64,000 bases of DNA from an uncultured virus (IMG/VR IMGVR_UViG_3300025000_000094) (IMGVR_UViG_3300025000_000094), one strand, 5' to 3'; shown: positions 38,454-48,286, counted from the first letter of the stretch. The notes: generated by a model from the letters alone, not told the origin. Translations and numbers: made by a program.

Positions 38454-38999
38454 ATGAGATACTTTATAAGTGATACCCATTTTAACCACAAAAACGTAAT
38501 AAAATATGACAAAAGGCCATTCGATTCTTTAGAAGAAATGGAATGGGAAATTATAAAAAGGTGGAATAATACTGTGTCTAACAAAGACATAGTTTATCAC
38601 CTTGGAGATTTTGGCTTTGGTAATCCCAAAAGATTCAGGGAAATAATAAAGTGCCTAAATGGGGAAATAAACCTAATACGTGGGAACCATGACCTACAAA
38701 ATGCTTTTACAGCGAAAAGGTGCGTAATGGATGATGGAACTCCCATGTTCAACGACTTGGGAGATTTGGATGTTATAGTTATAGATGGGATACAATGCAC
38801 TCTGTCCCATTACCCGTACAAAGAAGACAGGTTCCCTCAGTATTGTCCACAAAACGTAGGGAATGTATTAATACATGGTCATAGCCATAACTACGTCCCG
38901 GTATACCACGATGGTCAAATAAACGTTTCCTGTTGTTTATGGGATTACACACCTGTTTCTGAAAAGCAGATTATAAAAATGATAATGGAGAACCTATAA
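38454..38999 (+). CDS. Calcineurin-like metallophosphoesterase
   Basis: ISDTHFNH, HLGDF, RGNHD, LSHYP, HGHSH; start refined. Confidence 0.9.
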   Translation: MRYFISDTHFNHKNVIKYDKRPFDSLEEMEWEIIKRWNNTVSNKDIVYHLGDFGFGNPKRFREIIKCLNGEINLIRGNHDLQNAFTAKRCVMDDGTPMFNDLGDLDVIVIDGIQCTLSHYPYKEDRFPQYCPQNVGNVLIHGHSHNYVPVYHDGQINVSCCLWDYTPVSEKQIIKMIMENL

Positions 39000-39682
39000 T
39001 GGAACAAAACTACTATATCGTTATACCCGCCCCTGTTTTTATGGATAGGAGGTTATCTTCAAGTGCTATGGTATTATACGGTCAGATATCTTCTCTCTGC
39101 AATCAGAGTGGATACTGTTGGGCAACAAACTCTTATTTTGCAAAAATAAATGATGTTAGCAAAAACACAATAAGCTCTATTGTTTCAAAACTTGAAGAAT
39201 GTGGTCATATTTCTTCTGATATTAAAAAAGATGAAAATGGGGCTATTATAGCCAGAAACATAAAAATAGCTATACCTATCCCGTTTATTCCACAGGCACC
39301 TATAGCAGAAAACTTGGAGAATAATATTAAAGCAGAGAATACTAAAGAAGATACTACTTGTGCAACAGGCGCTAGTGCGCCACAAAACAAGGTTAATTTC
39401 AGTAACCCAAAGTCAGAACTGCAAGCTTTTATGGTGTATTACATAGAGAAGTGCAATCCTGCAATGTACAAGGAAGCAGACCCTAAACAGGTTTCGGGCT
39501 TCTTTAGACAGTATGGCAAAATGTTCAGTGCTATGTTAGCTACTGCCGGCAGCGTAGACCGCGCAAAGATAGCCGTAGACGAGGCTATTGTGTTTTTTGG
39601 TAGTAAGGGCTACCAATGGGGTTTAAAGGCCCTTTCGACCAATTGGGAGCAGTTTGTAGGTAAAGCTATGGAGAAGAAATAA
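38999..39682 (+). CDS. Replication initiator with N-terminal HTH
   Basis: YYIVIPA...LYGQISSL...GYCWATNSYFA...LEECGHI. Confidence 0.8.
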   Translation: MEQNYYIVIPAPVFMDRRLSSSAMVLYGQISSLCNQSGYCWATNSYFAKINDVSKNTISSIVSKLEECGHISSDIKKDENGAIIARNIKIAIPIPFIPQAPIAENLENNIKAENTKEDTTCATGASAPQNKVNFSNPKSELQAFMVYYIEKCNPAMYKEADPKQVSGFFRQYGKMFSAMLATAGSVDRAKIAVDEAIVFFGSKGYQWGLKALSTNWEQFVGKAMEKK

Positions 39683-39683
39683 T

Positions 39684-39929
39684 ATGCCTAAATATATGTT
39701 CTCTGGTAAATATATAACCAAACAGTTTAGGAAAGGTAGTAAATGCCCATATTGGCCTATAAATAGATGTGACTGCGTTATTGATGAAATAAGTAGTTCA
39801 GAGCATTTCCAAATAGCAGATAAGTTTTGTAGTAGATTTGTTGAATACTGCAAATCTCCATTATCTTTTACTGATACGTATCCAGAGATTGTTGTTGAAG
39901 TATTCCATGGTAGAGTAATAAAGGACTAA
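39684..39929 (+). CDS. RVIRD-tag family protein 11 (outlier)
   Basis: Cys-rich body; ends FHGRVIKD*. Confidence 0.65.
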   Translation: MPKYMFSGKYITKQFRKGSKCPYWPINRCDCVIDEISSSEHFQIADKFCSRFVEYCKSPLSFTDTYPEIVVEVFHGRVIKD

Positions 39930-39930
39930 A

Positions 39931-40721
39931 ATGCTATATAAAAAACAAGAGGAAACACCTCAAACGGTTTCGTGCTTTACGGGGTATAGCGTTAAAGAAC
40001 GAATTTTGGTATATAAACCAAACGAAACTCCTACTGAACTTGGGTTTAAAACATTCCATTGTATACGAAGATTTACTGTTGACTATCTAGCGGGTAAATG
40101 CAACCTTTGCACCAAAGACATAAACAAAGAATCCTTTTACATACACAAGCAGTATTATAGCCAAGAAATGTTGCTTTTGATGATAAGAGTGTATGAGAAA
40201 GGAGTTAAAGAAAGGTTTTCTGGAGCAATTTGGCCCGATAACCAGTATTTTAATGATATAATAAAGTGTATGGCTAAGCCTATGCCTATGAATATGGGGC
40301 CTAAGCCAATTAAAAAAGATTACTTCCAGGAAATGGAAGAGAAAAAAGATAGAATTGAGGAGGTACCTTTCTAATGAATCCATGGGAAGAAGGTGAAGAA
40401 GTTATACCGCCACAGGTAAAATTGAGTATTAATAGATGGAAACCAAAAGACGAAGAAGATGCTTTTGAAAGACTAGCTAGGTGGGCACAGTATGCAACAT
40501 CTTCTAATGGTAGTTCACGTCCTAGTGCTACAGCTAATGCTTTGTATGAACAAGCCTCATCTCGTCTAGCACAATACACACAACGAGAAGCTTCTATAGC
40601 ACAAACCGCGGCACAACAGGAAACTGCTATGCAAGCAATACGTGGAATGCAGGAACGACAGGCTCAAGGAGTATGGCGCAATATTTCGTCAATAATGGGT
40701 GAAGGAGATATACCTTTTTAA
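39931..40721 (+). other. Two hypothetical genes (39931-40374, 40374-40721), both ending in acidic-x-P-F
   Basis: C-termini IEEVPF and EGDIPF. Confidence 0.6.
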
Positions 40722-40723
40722 AT

Positions 40724-41662
40724 ATGCCAAAAAATATACTTTTAATTGACATCGACAGCGTTATCCCGAACTTAGCGCTTGAAAAATGTAAAATATACCA
40801 TAAAGGAATAGGAGATTATGTTGAAACAACACCAATGTTTGAAACTTGGGCTGATAGGATTTACGTTAGCTCGGTATTTGAATGGTCAAGAGAAGCTACT
40901 TCGCACTGGAGTAATAATAAAAGAGCCCTCATCGGCGGAACTGGGTGGGATTATAAAGTTAAGCTTGATAAAGAGATTGATGCAATCACGCCACGAATCA
41001 ACGTTGGTTTTACGACTAGAGGATGTGTCAGGAAATGTGACTTCTGTTTCGTTCCAAAAATGGAAGGGCTCATTCACCCTGTCGCAAACGTCGTTGATAT
41101 ATGGGATGGCAAAAGCAAAGATATTATGCTCCTTGACAACAACATTCTTGCTTTACCTGAACACTTTAGGAAACAGTGCGATTTTATCCGCAAAAACAAA
41201 ATTAAAGTAGATTTTAACCAAGGGATGGACTTAAGGATATTATATGTTAATCAAAGCTTGGTACAGGAACTCCAGACTATCAGACACCCTGAATATAAGT
41301 TCGCTTGGGATTTGGACGACGACAGCATGGTTGGAAAGCTTGAGTGGCTCCACGACAACCTTGGGCGGTGTACAATATACGTATACACTGACGGGGTTAA
41401 TCTCTCCATGGAAAAGTTGATGTGGAAGCTAAACGAACTTAAAAGAATGGGGCACAACGCTCATTTAATGCTTAATATATGCCTAAGAGACGATATTAGG
41501 TATAAGAAACTTCGTTCTTGGGTTAACGCCCATGCCGTATATCAGGCCATGTCTTTTGACGAGTACATAGCAAGCAACGGGAAGATAGATAGTTCAAGAA
41601 GTGAAATTACAAGAAAGTCCCATAAAGAGGAGGCTGTTGACGAAACACCAACATTATTTTAA
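40724..41662 (+). CDS. Radical SAM protein
   Basis: TTRGCVRKCDFC (CX3CX2C), LLDNN, DFNQGMD; PNLAL N-terminus. Confidence 0.88.
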   Translation: MPKNILLIDIDSVIPNLALEKCKIYHKGIGDYVETTPMFETWADRIYVSSVFEWSREATSHWSNNKRALIGGTGWDYKVKLDKEIDAITPRINVGFTTRGCVRKCDFCFVPKMEGLIHPVANVVDIWDGKSKDIMLLDNNILALPEHFRKQCDFIRKNKIKVDFNQGMDLRILYVNQSLVQELQTIRHPEYKFAWDLDDDSMVGKLEWLHDNLGRCTIYVYTDGVNLSMEKLMWKLNELKRMGHNAHLMLNICLRDDIRYKKLRSWVNAHAVYQAMSFDEYIASNGKIDSSRSEITRKSHKEEAVDETPTLF

Positions 41663-42037
41663 TGAAACGAAGCTCATGTATAAATTGGAATTATGGGAAA
41701 GCAAAAGGCCCAATTGGGTGTACACTGAAAATGACATGTGAACAACCTTGCGGGAGTTATTATATGAGGAGTGCGGCTAAAAAAGCAATAAAAAAGATTG
41801 AAATGATGAAAAGAAAAATAGTATACTACACAATAAAGCTAAGGAGAGAACAATGACATTTAAACTGAACGCTTCGCTTGGAGCAGTACGGCTTAGTAAT
41901 GGAGGGTGGAAGATTACGTTCGATGTGCCGCAAAGTGACAGTATAGAAATGGCTAAAATATGTGCCGCTTGTCAGGACGAACTGCTTAAGATTACTGTGG
42001 ATACTGAACAGAACGAGCCTATAGGCCAACAGTCTTA

Positions 42038-42433
42038 ATGGCTAAATCACCTAGAGCAAAATTAGTTAAACTCCTTGATTCGGTGTGGAGTAAAGCTATA
42101 CGTAAAAAATACGGTAGGTGTGTAGTGTGTGGTAGCAAAGACAATCTACATTCTCATCATTGTATTGTACGTAAAGCACAGAGTCAAGGAGTTAGGTGGT
42201 TGGAATTTAACGGGGTGCCCCTCTGCTGTGGGTGTCATCTTTACAAATACCATGGTCAACAGGCAGACAAAGAATGGCACGAGAAGTTCATAGAGATATT
42301 AAATTCACTCATACCGCACGAAAAACAGGAAGAAATAAGGAAAATCGGTCATGGAATCACAAAATACTCAATCGACGACCTCAGAGAACTCGTTACCAAA
42401 GGCTGGTGGGCTAAAAAAGAAGTACAACAGTAA
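42038..42433 (+). CDS. NinG/HNH-like nuclease
   Basis: LDSVWSKAIR...CVVCG...HSHH...RW..NGVPLCCGCH. Confidence 0.75.
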   Translation: MAKSPRAKLVKLLDSVWSKAIRKKYGRCVVCGSKDNLHSHHCIVRKAQSQGVRWLEFNGVPLCCGCHLYKYHGQQADKEWHEKFIEILNSLIPHEKQEEIRKIGHGITKYSIDDLRELVTKGWWAKKEVQQ

Positions 42434-42673
42434 TGCGGAGTGGAGAAAAGGACAAAAGTCAGTATCAATGGAATTAGGTTGGGGCAGGTCTAAAGAAGGG
42501 TGTAACCTAAAAAGAAAGCATTCAACATACTCAGAGCATAAAAGCGTTATGGAGTGCCCAATTTGTGGCAATCATATGGCTAACGATATAATTGACAGAA
42601 GGGCTGATTACTTAGAGTGTAGAAAGTGTGGCTACGAAAGTGATATAGACAATTGGGATTTTAGTTAAGTTTT

Positions 42674-42745
42674 GCCCTCAAAGCTTTGGTAGTGAAGCAC
42701 AGGTTTTGTAAACCTGAAAATCTGGTGCAATTCCAGATGAGGGCT
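42674..42745 (+). tRNA. tRNA-Thr(TGT)
   Basis: Acceptor GCCCTCA/TGAGGGC; anticodon arm CAGGT-TTTGTAA-ACCTG; T arm TCTGG-TGCAATT-CCAGA (atypical T loop); no encoded CCA. Confidence 0.8.
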
Positions 42746-42850
42746 GATATAAGGACTCCGTTACCATCGAACAATCCGAACTTAATAGTGATTGTATGGT
42801 CGCAATACGGGTGGACTGCCTCCAAAAACGTAAAGTGAGGCCCAGTTTCT

Positions 42851-42924
42851 GCCGGTTTAGTGTAGAGGAAACACGTCTCTCTTTGAAAGAGAAATCATAG
42901 GTTCAATTCCTATAACCGGTGCCA
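42851..42924 (+). tRNA. tRNA-Gln(TTG)
   Basis: Acceptor GCCGGTT/AACCGGT; anticodon arm TCTCT-CTTTGAA-AGAGA; T arm ATAGG-TTCAATT-CCTAT; encoded CCA. Confidence 0.85.
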
Positions 42925-42928
42925 ATTT

Positions 42929-43067
42929 AAACTCCAGAATCGTCAGGGATTAGCCTGAACTTATTCATGCGCAGACCTTCAATATTTAATTATTGGGGAC
43001 AAGCCGTCGGCGTTAAGAACCCAAGCCGCGTAATTGGGAATACGGTTAAAATCCGTGTCTGGAGTTT
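42929..43067 (+). ncRNA. Candidate tRNA-like structured RNA
   Basis: 10-bp closing stem AAACTCCAGA/TCTGGAGTTT with an adjacent T-arm-like TACGG-TTAAAAT-CCGTG and three internal hairpins. Confidence 0.4.
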
Positions 43068-43929
43068 ATATTAATTCGCCTGTGATATTTATCCTAAAAG
43101 ACAACTTGTTTGTCCTTGATTTATCACAAGATAGATGAATAACTGGGAATTTATGAGCAGTAGCGGCGTAATTTCTCTTTTCAGCGTAGTCAGTAGTGCC
43201 CTTAACGAACCCTGTCCTAAATGACGGAGTGTTTACTAACCAAATATCTCTCTGCATTATCTCATCTCTAAGATGGGGAACGTAGTATTTAGAAATTGGG
43301 AATATAAAGCCCTTATGAGAGTGACCCCTTACAAATATATCAACTCCATCCCAAGCGTTAGCAGTATCCTCTAGCTTGTTCACACCTGTACCAGACCTAC
43401 CACCACCACCTATACCATGCTGAGCGTGAATAATGATGTTCGCCCTTGCGCCATTTGAGTTTTTGCTATATACATAGTGGAACTTTAGTATAGCCTGTCC
43501 ATCTCCAAGATACGGAACTTTAAGCTTCGAGCATATATACTGAGTAGAAGTAAGCCCATTAGCCATCATAAGATAATGGTCTCCATCCATCATACCTAAA
43601 CACCTATCAGGGGATTTGATTATCCGCCTAAGCCTAGGGAGTATCTCCTGTTCAATCCAAACCTCATTCCTTCTATCTTCTTGTTCGTATTCTTCTGGCC
43701 TGTCATGATAAGCCATTTTCTTTATTTCTCTGGTAGAAGGACGATTTGAGTCCAAAACATCACCTTGGAATAAAACTTTCGCAAGAGGGTCTTTTTCTAT
43801 TATCTCAGCAAGTCTTTCAAACTCATCTTCTAGGAATGCTGGGCTACCAAAGTGGCAATCCGGGATAACATATACGTTGGAAATAGGGCCTAACTTTGTT
43901 ACGTGATAGAAGTAGTCTTTTATTCTCAT
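43066..43929 (-). CDS. Metallophosphoesterase
   Basis: PDCHFG, QGDVLD, DGDH, HG, RGHSH, NTPSF. Confidence 0.8.
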   Translation of the reverse strand: MRIKDYFYHVTKLGPISNVYVIPDCHFGSPAFLEDEFERLAEIIEKDPLAKVLFQGDVLDSNRPSTREIKKMAYHDRPEEYEQEDRRNEVWIEQEILPRLRRIIKSPDRCLGMMDGDHYLMMANGLTSTQYICSKLKVPYLGDGQAILKFHYVYSKNSNGARANIIIHAQHGIGGGGRSGTGVNKLEDTANAWDGVDIFVRGHSHKGFIFPISKYYVPHLRDEIMQRDIWLVNTPSFRTGFVKGTTDYAEKRNYAATAHKFPVIHLSCDKSRTNKLSFRINITGELI

Positions 43930-44352
43930 GGGTATATGTCCAATTTTGGAGGAAGGTCTTCAGATATTACAGCTGGGCTATTCCCTAGCGCTCGTTGTTT
44001 TTTCTCTGCTAGTATTATAAACAAGATTCCAGTGGGCCATCTATAAGCTGAGTCGTTAGGATTTAATCTTAATATCAACTTTGTGGCTATCAGTGTTAAG
44101 ACCCAACGAATATACGATATATTCAAGCAGTTTAACATTTTCTTCTGGTACATGTTTTATAAATATAGTGTCTTTCTTGTCTACCGTTACGGTAAATGTA
44201 ATGTCGTCTTGGTTGATTTTAATCATAAAAGAGTTGGGCCGGTATATCGCATATACTACGCTAGTTTGTCTGGAGTACGCATTGCCGAATATCATATAAC
44301 GGCTAGAGGCGCAGACTGGTTGCGTAAGGGTGCTATCCCACAGCCCTGTAGA

Positions 44353-44682
44353 CTATTTATCTTCTGTCTTTATACCCATTTTGGAAAGGATTGTTTTTTC
44401 AACCATAGCCAAAATTTCATCATCTTTTGTGGTAGCTGTTTTTTTTACAACTGTACGGCTTATGCTGTATGCAGGTATCACAATAGCCATAATAAACGCA
44501 AAGGTCTCAGGAGACAGTTTCCCAAGGAAAAAAGCCGCCATAGACCCTATAACGCCAAGAACTGTAATAAAAAACTCTGAACTAAAGAACCCTTTTTTTG
44601 TTTCCATACATTTCCTCCAACATTCTTTTATTTCTGAAAGTATTGCTAAAATTTTATATATATATTTAATTTTTTTAAACAT
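44353..44682 (-). CDS. Holin-like membrane protein
   Basis: KKGFFSSEF followed by two hydrophobic segments; next to the endolysin; true start may be 44607. Confidence 0.6.
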   Translation of the reverse strand: MFKKIKYIYKILAILSEIKECWRKCMETKKGFFSSEFFITVLGVIGSMAAFFLGKLSPETFAFIMAIVIPAYSISRTVVKKTATTKDDEILAMVEKTILSKMGIKTEDK

Positions 44683-44832
44683 CTTTTTTTATCTCTTTAA
44701 GTAACATTTTACGTTTTTTAATGTCAAGAGTCAACAGTTTTCTCGCCAATAGGTTTATGTGTCTTTTTATTAAGTCTTTCATACCCTGTCCACCAGAACC
44801 TTATAGTAAAAGATATTTTACCACCGATGAGA

Positions 44833-45288
44833 TTAAGCAAGCTTTTTATAGACACCGGCTATCCCCTCAAGAAGACTTAATTCTTTATCCTTGTTAACGT
44901 GAATCCAAAATACACCTCTAGATGCCTCAATTATTATCTTGGCTGATATAGACCTTTTAATAAATTCTGTATATATTTTATGACCAATTTCGTTAACCGC
45001 GGCGAAATCCCACTCTGGCTTAAAGATATCAGCAGCTATCCCAAATGAATGCTTTGAAGTTGGAACGCCGCCTACCCACCTGTTAAGTTTCTGACACCTA
45101 AATCCGGAAGAAACTATGTACGGTCCTATTAATTCACGAATTGGGTCCAAAATACTTGTAGTAAAATTAATTGTATCTACCAAAAAAGGCACTGATTCTT
45201 CTCTATTCTCAACTAAAAGTCCTACATTACGGGTATTTGTGAACTCGTAAAATCCTATATATTTGCTTAGTTTAAAATCTGGTATCAT
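44833..45288 (-). CDS. Endolysin, peptidase M15A family
   Basis: SSGFRC..LN..VGG..TSKH..GIAAD...WIHV. Confidence 0.88.
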   Translation of the reverse strand: MIPDFKLSKYIGFYEFTNTRNVGLLVENREESVPFLVDTINFTTSILDPIRELIGPYIVSSGFRCQKLNRWVGGVPTSKHSFGIAADIFKPEWDFAAVNEIGHKIYTEFIKRSISAKIIIEASRGVFWIHVNKDKELSLLEGIAGVYKKLA

Positions 45289-45289
45289 A

Positions 45290-45559
45290 TTATCTACGAA
45301 TAAGAGCGTTCTCTATCCTGGCAAGCCTATCATCTATGGATTGGGATATTGCCTCAATTCGCACAACCTTGGCTTCTACGGCCTTTACCCTCTCGGGAAG
45401 CCCTTGGTATCCAAAAGACATTGCTCCTGCCGTAAACGCAATTCCTAACAGTAAGAATAGCTGTTTAACGTGTTGCCAATCGTTAACGCACGATGTCTTA
45501 TCGGACCCATTGGGTTTTGCCCCAAAAGCCCTCATTATTGCCTTACTCACCTTTTCCAT
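45290..45559 (-). CDS. Single-TM coiled-coil protein (lysis cassette)
   Basis: One hydrophobic segment then IDDRLARIE coil; upstream of the endolysin. Confidence 0.55.
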   Translation of the reverse strand: MEKVSKAIMRAFGAKPNGSDKTSCVNDWQHVKQLFLLLGIAFTAGAMSFGYQGLPERVKAVEAKVVRIEAISQSIDDRLARIENALIRR

Positions 45560-46110
45560 TAACTTCTCCTTTTCATTACATCAATCTCAAACCTGCTTGC
45601 TCCGTTCCCTAGCTTATTCCCACGAAGCCACCCAATCTGGTTCCACCTACCGAATAGCCAAAACTCGCAGTAGGGCCGGCGGGCGTGCTCGTAGGTGCGC
45701 GTGACGTAGAAGTTGCGCTTGCCGTCGTGGGGTTCTTCGGACAGGAAGCGGCCTAACTTCATGGCGGCGTAGTTGTTCCAGTTCACGCAGGAATTGCGGA
45801 TGGCGCTCCACCAGTATGCTTTGAGGAAGTCGGAGCCGGAGGCCCACACGAAGGCCGGGAAGTATTTCTCCCTGTTGCCGTAGTCCACGCCGAACTCTAT
45901 GAACACGCTGTCGTCGAGGAGCAGCCACAAGGGCCACCAGTAGCCGTGCAGGGGCAGGCGCAAGTAGTCGCGCCAGTCTATCGGCGTGAGCGTCTGGTAG
46001 CGCACCTTGTGGCGCAGGGCGTAGGCCACGGGATAAAGCACCGCCGACAGCACGCGCTTGACGGGTTCCAGGAGGAGGTAGGCGAGGAGGTGAAGCATAT
46101 CAGTATTCAA
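45559..46110 (-). CDS. Hypothetical Trp-rich protein spanning the GC breakpoint
   Basis: 183 aa, YWWSAIRN motif; codon style switches near 45,660. Confidence 0.65.
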   Translation of the reverse strand: MNTDMLHLLAYLLLEPVKRVLSAVLYPVAYALRHKVRYQTLTPIDWRDYLRLPLHGYWWPLWLLLDDSVFIEFGVDYGNREKYFPAFVWASGSDFLKAYWWSAIRNSCVNWNNYAAMKLGRFLSEEPHDGKRNFYVTRTYEHARRPYCEFWLFGRWNQIGWLRGNKLGNGASRFEIDVMKRRS

Positions 46111-48286
46111 TTATTACGGCACCTTTCCCACCGCTAGCTGCGCCTGTTCCGCCGCCACCCCCGCCGCCATAATCACCGCCAGCGGTGCCGGTACCGTTAT
46201 TCACGCCTGTTCCGCCGCCGCCAAAGACAGATGCCCCACCGCTACCGCTTTGGACACCTACTGCGGCGATATCTCCACCAGTTGCGCCTCCATTGCCAGA
46301 CATCAAAAGATCCCCGGTCAGCCCTACGCCATACGGCCCGCCGTTAGTGTACTGGCCATTTCCACCGGCCGACCCACCGCTAGCAGAACAATACGAGCCA
46401 AAAGTAGACGTTCCACCATTTCCGCCAGCCGCTCCTGCCGCTCCGACTGTGTATGCTATTTGTGAGGACACCGCCACCCCATAAACGTATTTTATTGCTG
46501 TGCCTCCGCCGCCACCGCCACCGCCGGCGGCATTTGTTCCACCAGCGCCGCCGCCGCCAATGCACGTCACTTTAAACATTCCCACACCGGCAGGAACTGT
46601 CCAGGTATAGTTTCCTGCCGTGGATGACACATGCACGCGCGACATAGGCCACACCCCGCTAGGCTGTGCCCCGATAGTCACGGAACTGCTGAACGTATTC
46701 GCACCCGTGAAAGTCTGCGTCGAAGCAAGCACCGCGCCGCCCGACGTAGACGGCAGATTCGTCAACTGCGAACCGTCCACGGCCGGCAACTTCGACAGCG
46801 CGTCCAGTTTCACAAGCTGCGACGCCCCGTTGAACGTGTTGCCCTGCAACGTCACCGAGGACGACTTCGCGCTGAACGTCGCCCCCGTCAGCGCAAGCGA
46901 CACGCCGTCGGCCAGGTAGGACGTGGTGGCGATATTGATGTTGGCCGAGCCGTCAAAGGCCACGCCGTTGATGTTCCGCGCCGTGGCGAGCTTGGTGGCC
47001 GTGGCCGAGTTCCCGGTAACGTCCGAGGGCTGGGCGCAAGCCGCCGCGCCCGAAGCCGCCACGCCCCGCGCAAAGTTCACCCCCGAGCAGTCCGCCGGGT
47101 CAGCCGCCAGCGCCGTCGCCGTCGCCGCGTTGCCGGTGGTGTTCTGGTTGAGCGTGGGGAAGCTCGTCAGCGAAGCCGCCGAGCCGTTGGTGTCCAGCTT
47201 GCCGGATAGCGCAGTAGTCACCGTGGACAGATTCACGGCCGACTGCGGCACGCTCACTATCGTAGCCGCCGCCGCGCCAGGCCCGGAAGCCGTCACGGCC
47301 CCCGTCAGCGAGGTGATGTAGTTCCCCGTGGCCTGCTTGCCCGCCAGCGCCGTGGTGACGGTCGAGAGGTCCACCAGCGTGGCCGGCACGGTGGCCGTGT
47401 TGGACAGCTTCCCCGCCAGCGCCGTAGTCACGGTCGAAAGGTTGACCGCCGTCTGCGGCACCGAGACAATGGTGACCGCCGCCGCGCCCGGGCCGCTGGC
47501 CGTAGCCGCGCCGGTAAGGGACGTTATGTAGTTGCCGGTGTCCTGCTTGCCGGAAAGGGCGGTAGTCACGGTGGACAGGTTCACCGCGCTCTGCGGCACG
47601 GACACGATGGTGGCCGCCACGGAGCCGGGACCGCTGGCTGTTACGTTGCCCGTCAGCGCCGTAATATAGTTGCCGGCCGCCTGCTTGCCGTTGAACGTGC
47701 TCCAATCGGTGGAGGTCAGGAAGCCCTTTGCGCCCGAGCCGGCCGCCTGGCCGTTGGTGTAGTCCAGGGATACCACGCCCGCCGCCACGTTGAAGTCGTT
47801 GGCCGTCAGGTCGGCCTCCTTAACAATGGTCGCGTCGGCGGTCTCCTTGCCGGCCAGCGCGGTGGTCACCGTGGACAGGTCTATCTTGGCCGTGGCCAGG
47901 CTGGTGATCCAGGCCGGGTTGGCGTAGGAGCCGCTGGTGTAGACCCCGTTGGTCACCGTGCCGGCGTTGCCGGTAATGGAGTGCGGATAGGTGCCGGTCG
48001 CGGTGGACTGGATGATGCCGGTGAGGTTTGAGCCGGAGCCGTAGAAGCCCGTGGCCGAGATGGTGGACACGCTCGCGCCGTCGCGCACGGTCAGCTGCTT
48101 GTTGATGCCGTCGAGCATTATGGCCGGCGCGGCGGCCGCGCTGGTGGTGCTCGGGTATATCTTCAGCACGCCCGACAGGTAGCCGGTGCCGTAGGGCGTG
48201 GTGCTCACCATGGGCGGCATCCAGGTGGGGACGCCGGCCTGGGCGGCGCTGGTCAGGAACAAGAGAATGGTCAGTATGGTCTTCAT
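46100..48286 (-). CDS. Tail fibre with signal peptide, internal repeats and C-terminal Gly-rich domain
   Basis: MKTILTILLFLTSAAQA leader; KLATARNINGVAFDGSANI motif; WTVPAGV...GGGG Gly-rich C-terminus. Confidence 0.8.
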   Translation of the reverse strand: MKTILTILLFLTSAAQAGVPTWMPPMVSTTPYGTGYLSGVLKIYPSTTSAAAAPAIMLDGINKQLTVRDGASVSTISATGFYGSGSNLTGIIQSTATGTYPHSITGNAGTVTNGVYTSGSYANPAWITSLATAKIDLSTVTTALAGKETADATIVKEADLTANDFNVAAGVVSLDYTNGQAAGSGAKGFLTSTDWSTFNGKQAAGNYITALTGNVTASGPGSVAATIVSVPQSAVNLSTVTTALSGKQDTGNYITSLTGAATASGPGAAAVTIVSVPQTAVNLSTVTTALAGKLSNTATVPATLVDLSTVTTALAGKQATGNYITSLTGAVTASGPGAAAATIVSVPQSAVNLSTVTTALSGKLDTNGSAASLTSFPTLNQNTTGNAATATALAADPADCSGVNFARGVAASGAAACAQPSDVTGNSATATKLATARNINGVAFDGSANINIATTSYLADGVSLALTGATFSAKSSSVTLQGNTFNGASQLVKLDALSKLPAVDGSQLTNLPSTSGGAVLASTQTFTGANTFSSSVTIGAQPSGVWPMSRVHVSSTAGNYTWTVPAGVGMFKVTCIGGGGAGGTNAAGGGGGGGGTAIKYVYGVAVSSQIAYTVGAAGAAGGNGGTSTFGSYCSASGGSAGGNGQYTNGGPYGVGLTGDLLMSGNGGATGGDIAAVGVQSGSGGASVFGGGGTGVNNGTGTAGGDYGGGGGGGTGAASGGKGAVIIEY
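47190..47690 (-). repeat. About 46-aa coding repeat (GNYITxLTGxxTASGPG...VPQxAVNLSTVTTALxGK), three full copies plus a partial
   Basis: Visible in the translation and in DNA; boundaries approximate. Confidence 0.85.

Larger units (their letters stand above)
1..45660. mobile_element. Phage A, AT-rich podovirus-like tailed phage (partial genome)
   Basis: Terminase, portal, scaffold, capsid, adaptor/nozzle and ejection-type genes on the minus strand with no tape measure; divergent early/replication genes; lysis cassette; no integrase seen. Confidence 0.9.

Noticed and set aside
42674..42924. tRNA genes as a prophage attachment site
   Set aside because: No duplicated tRNA 3' end or integrase is visible, and phage genes continue on both sides
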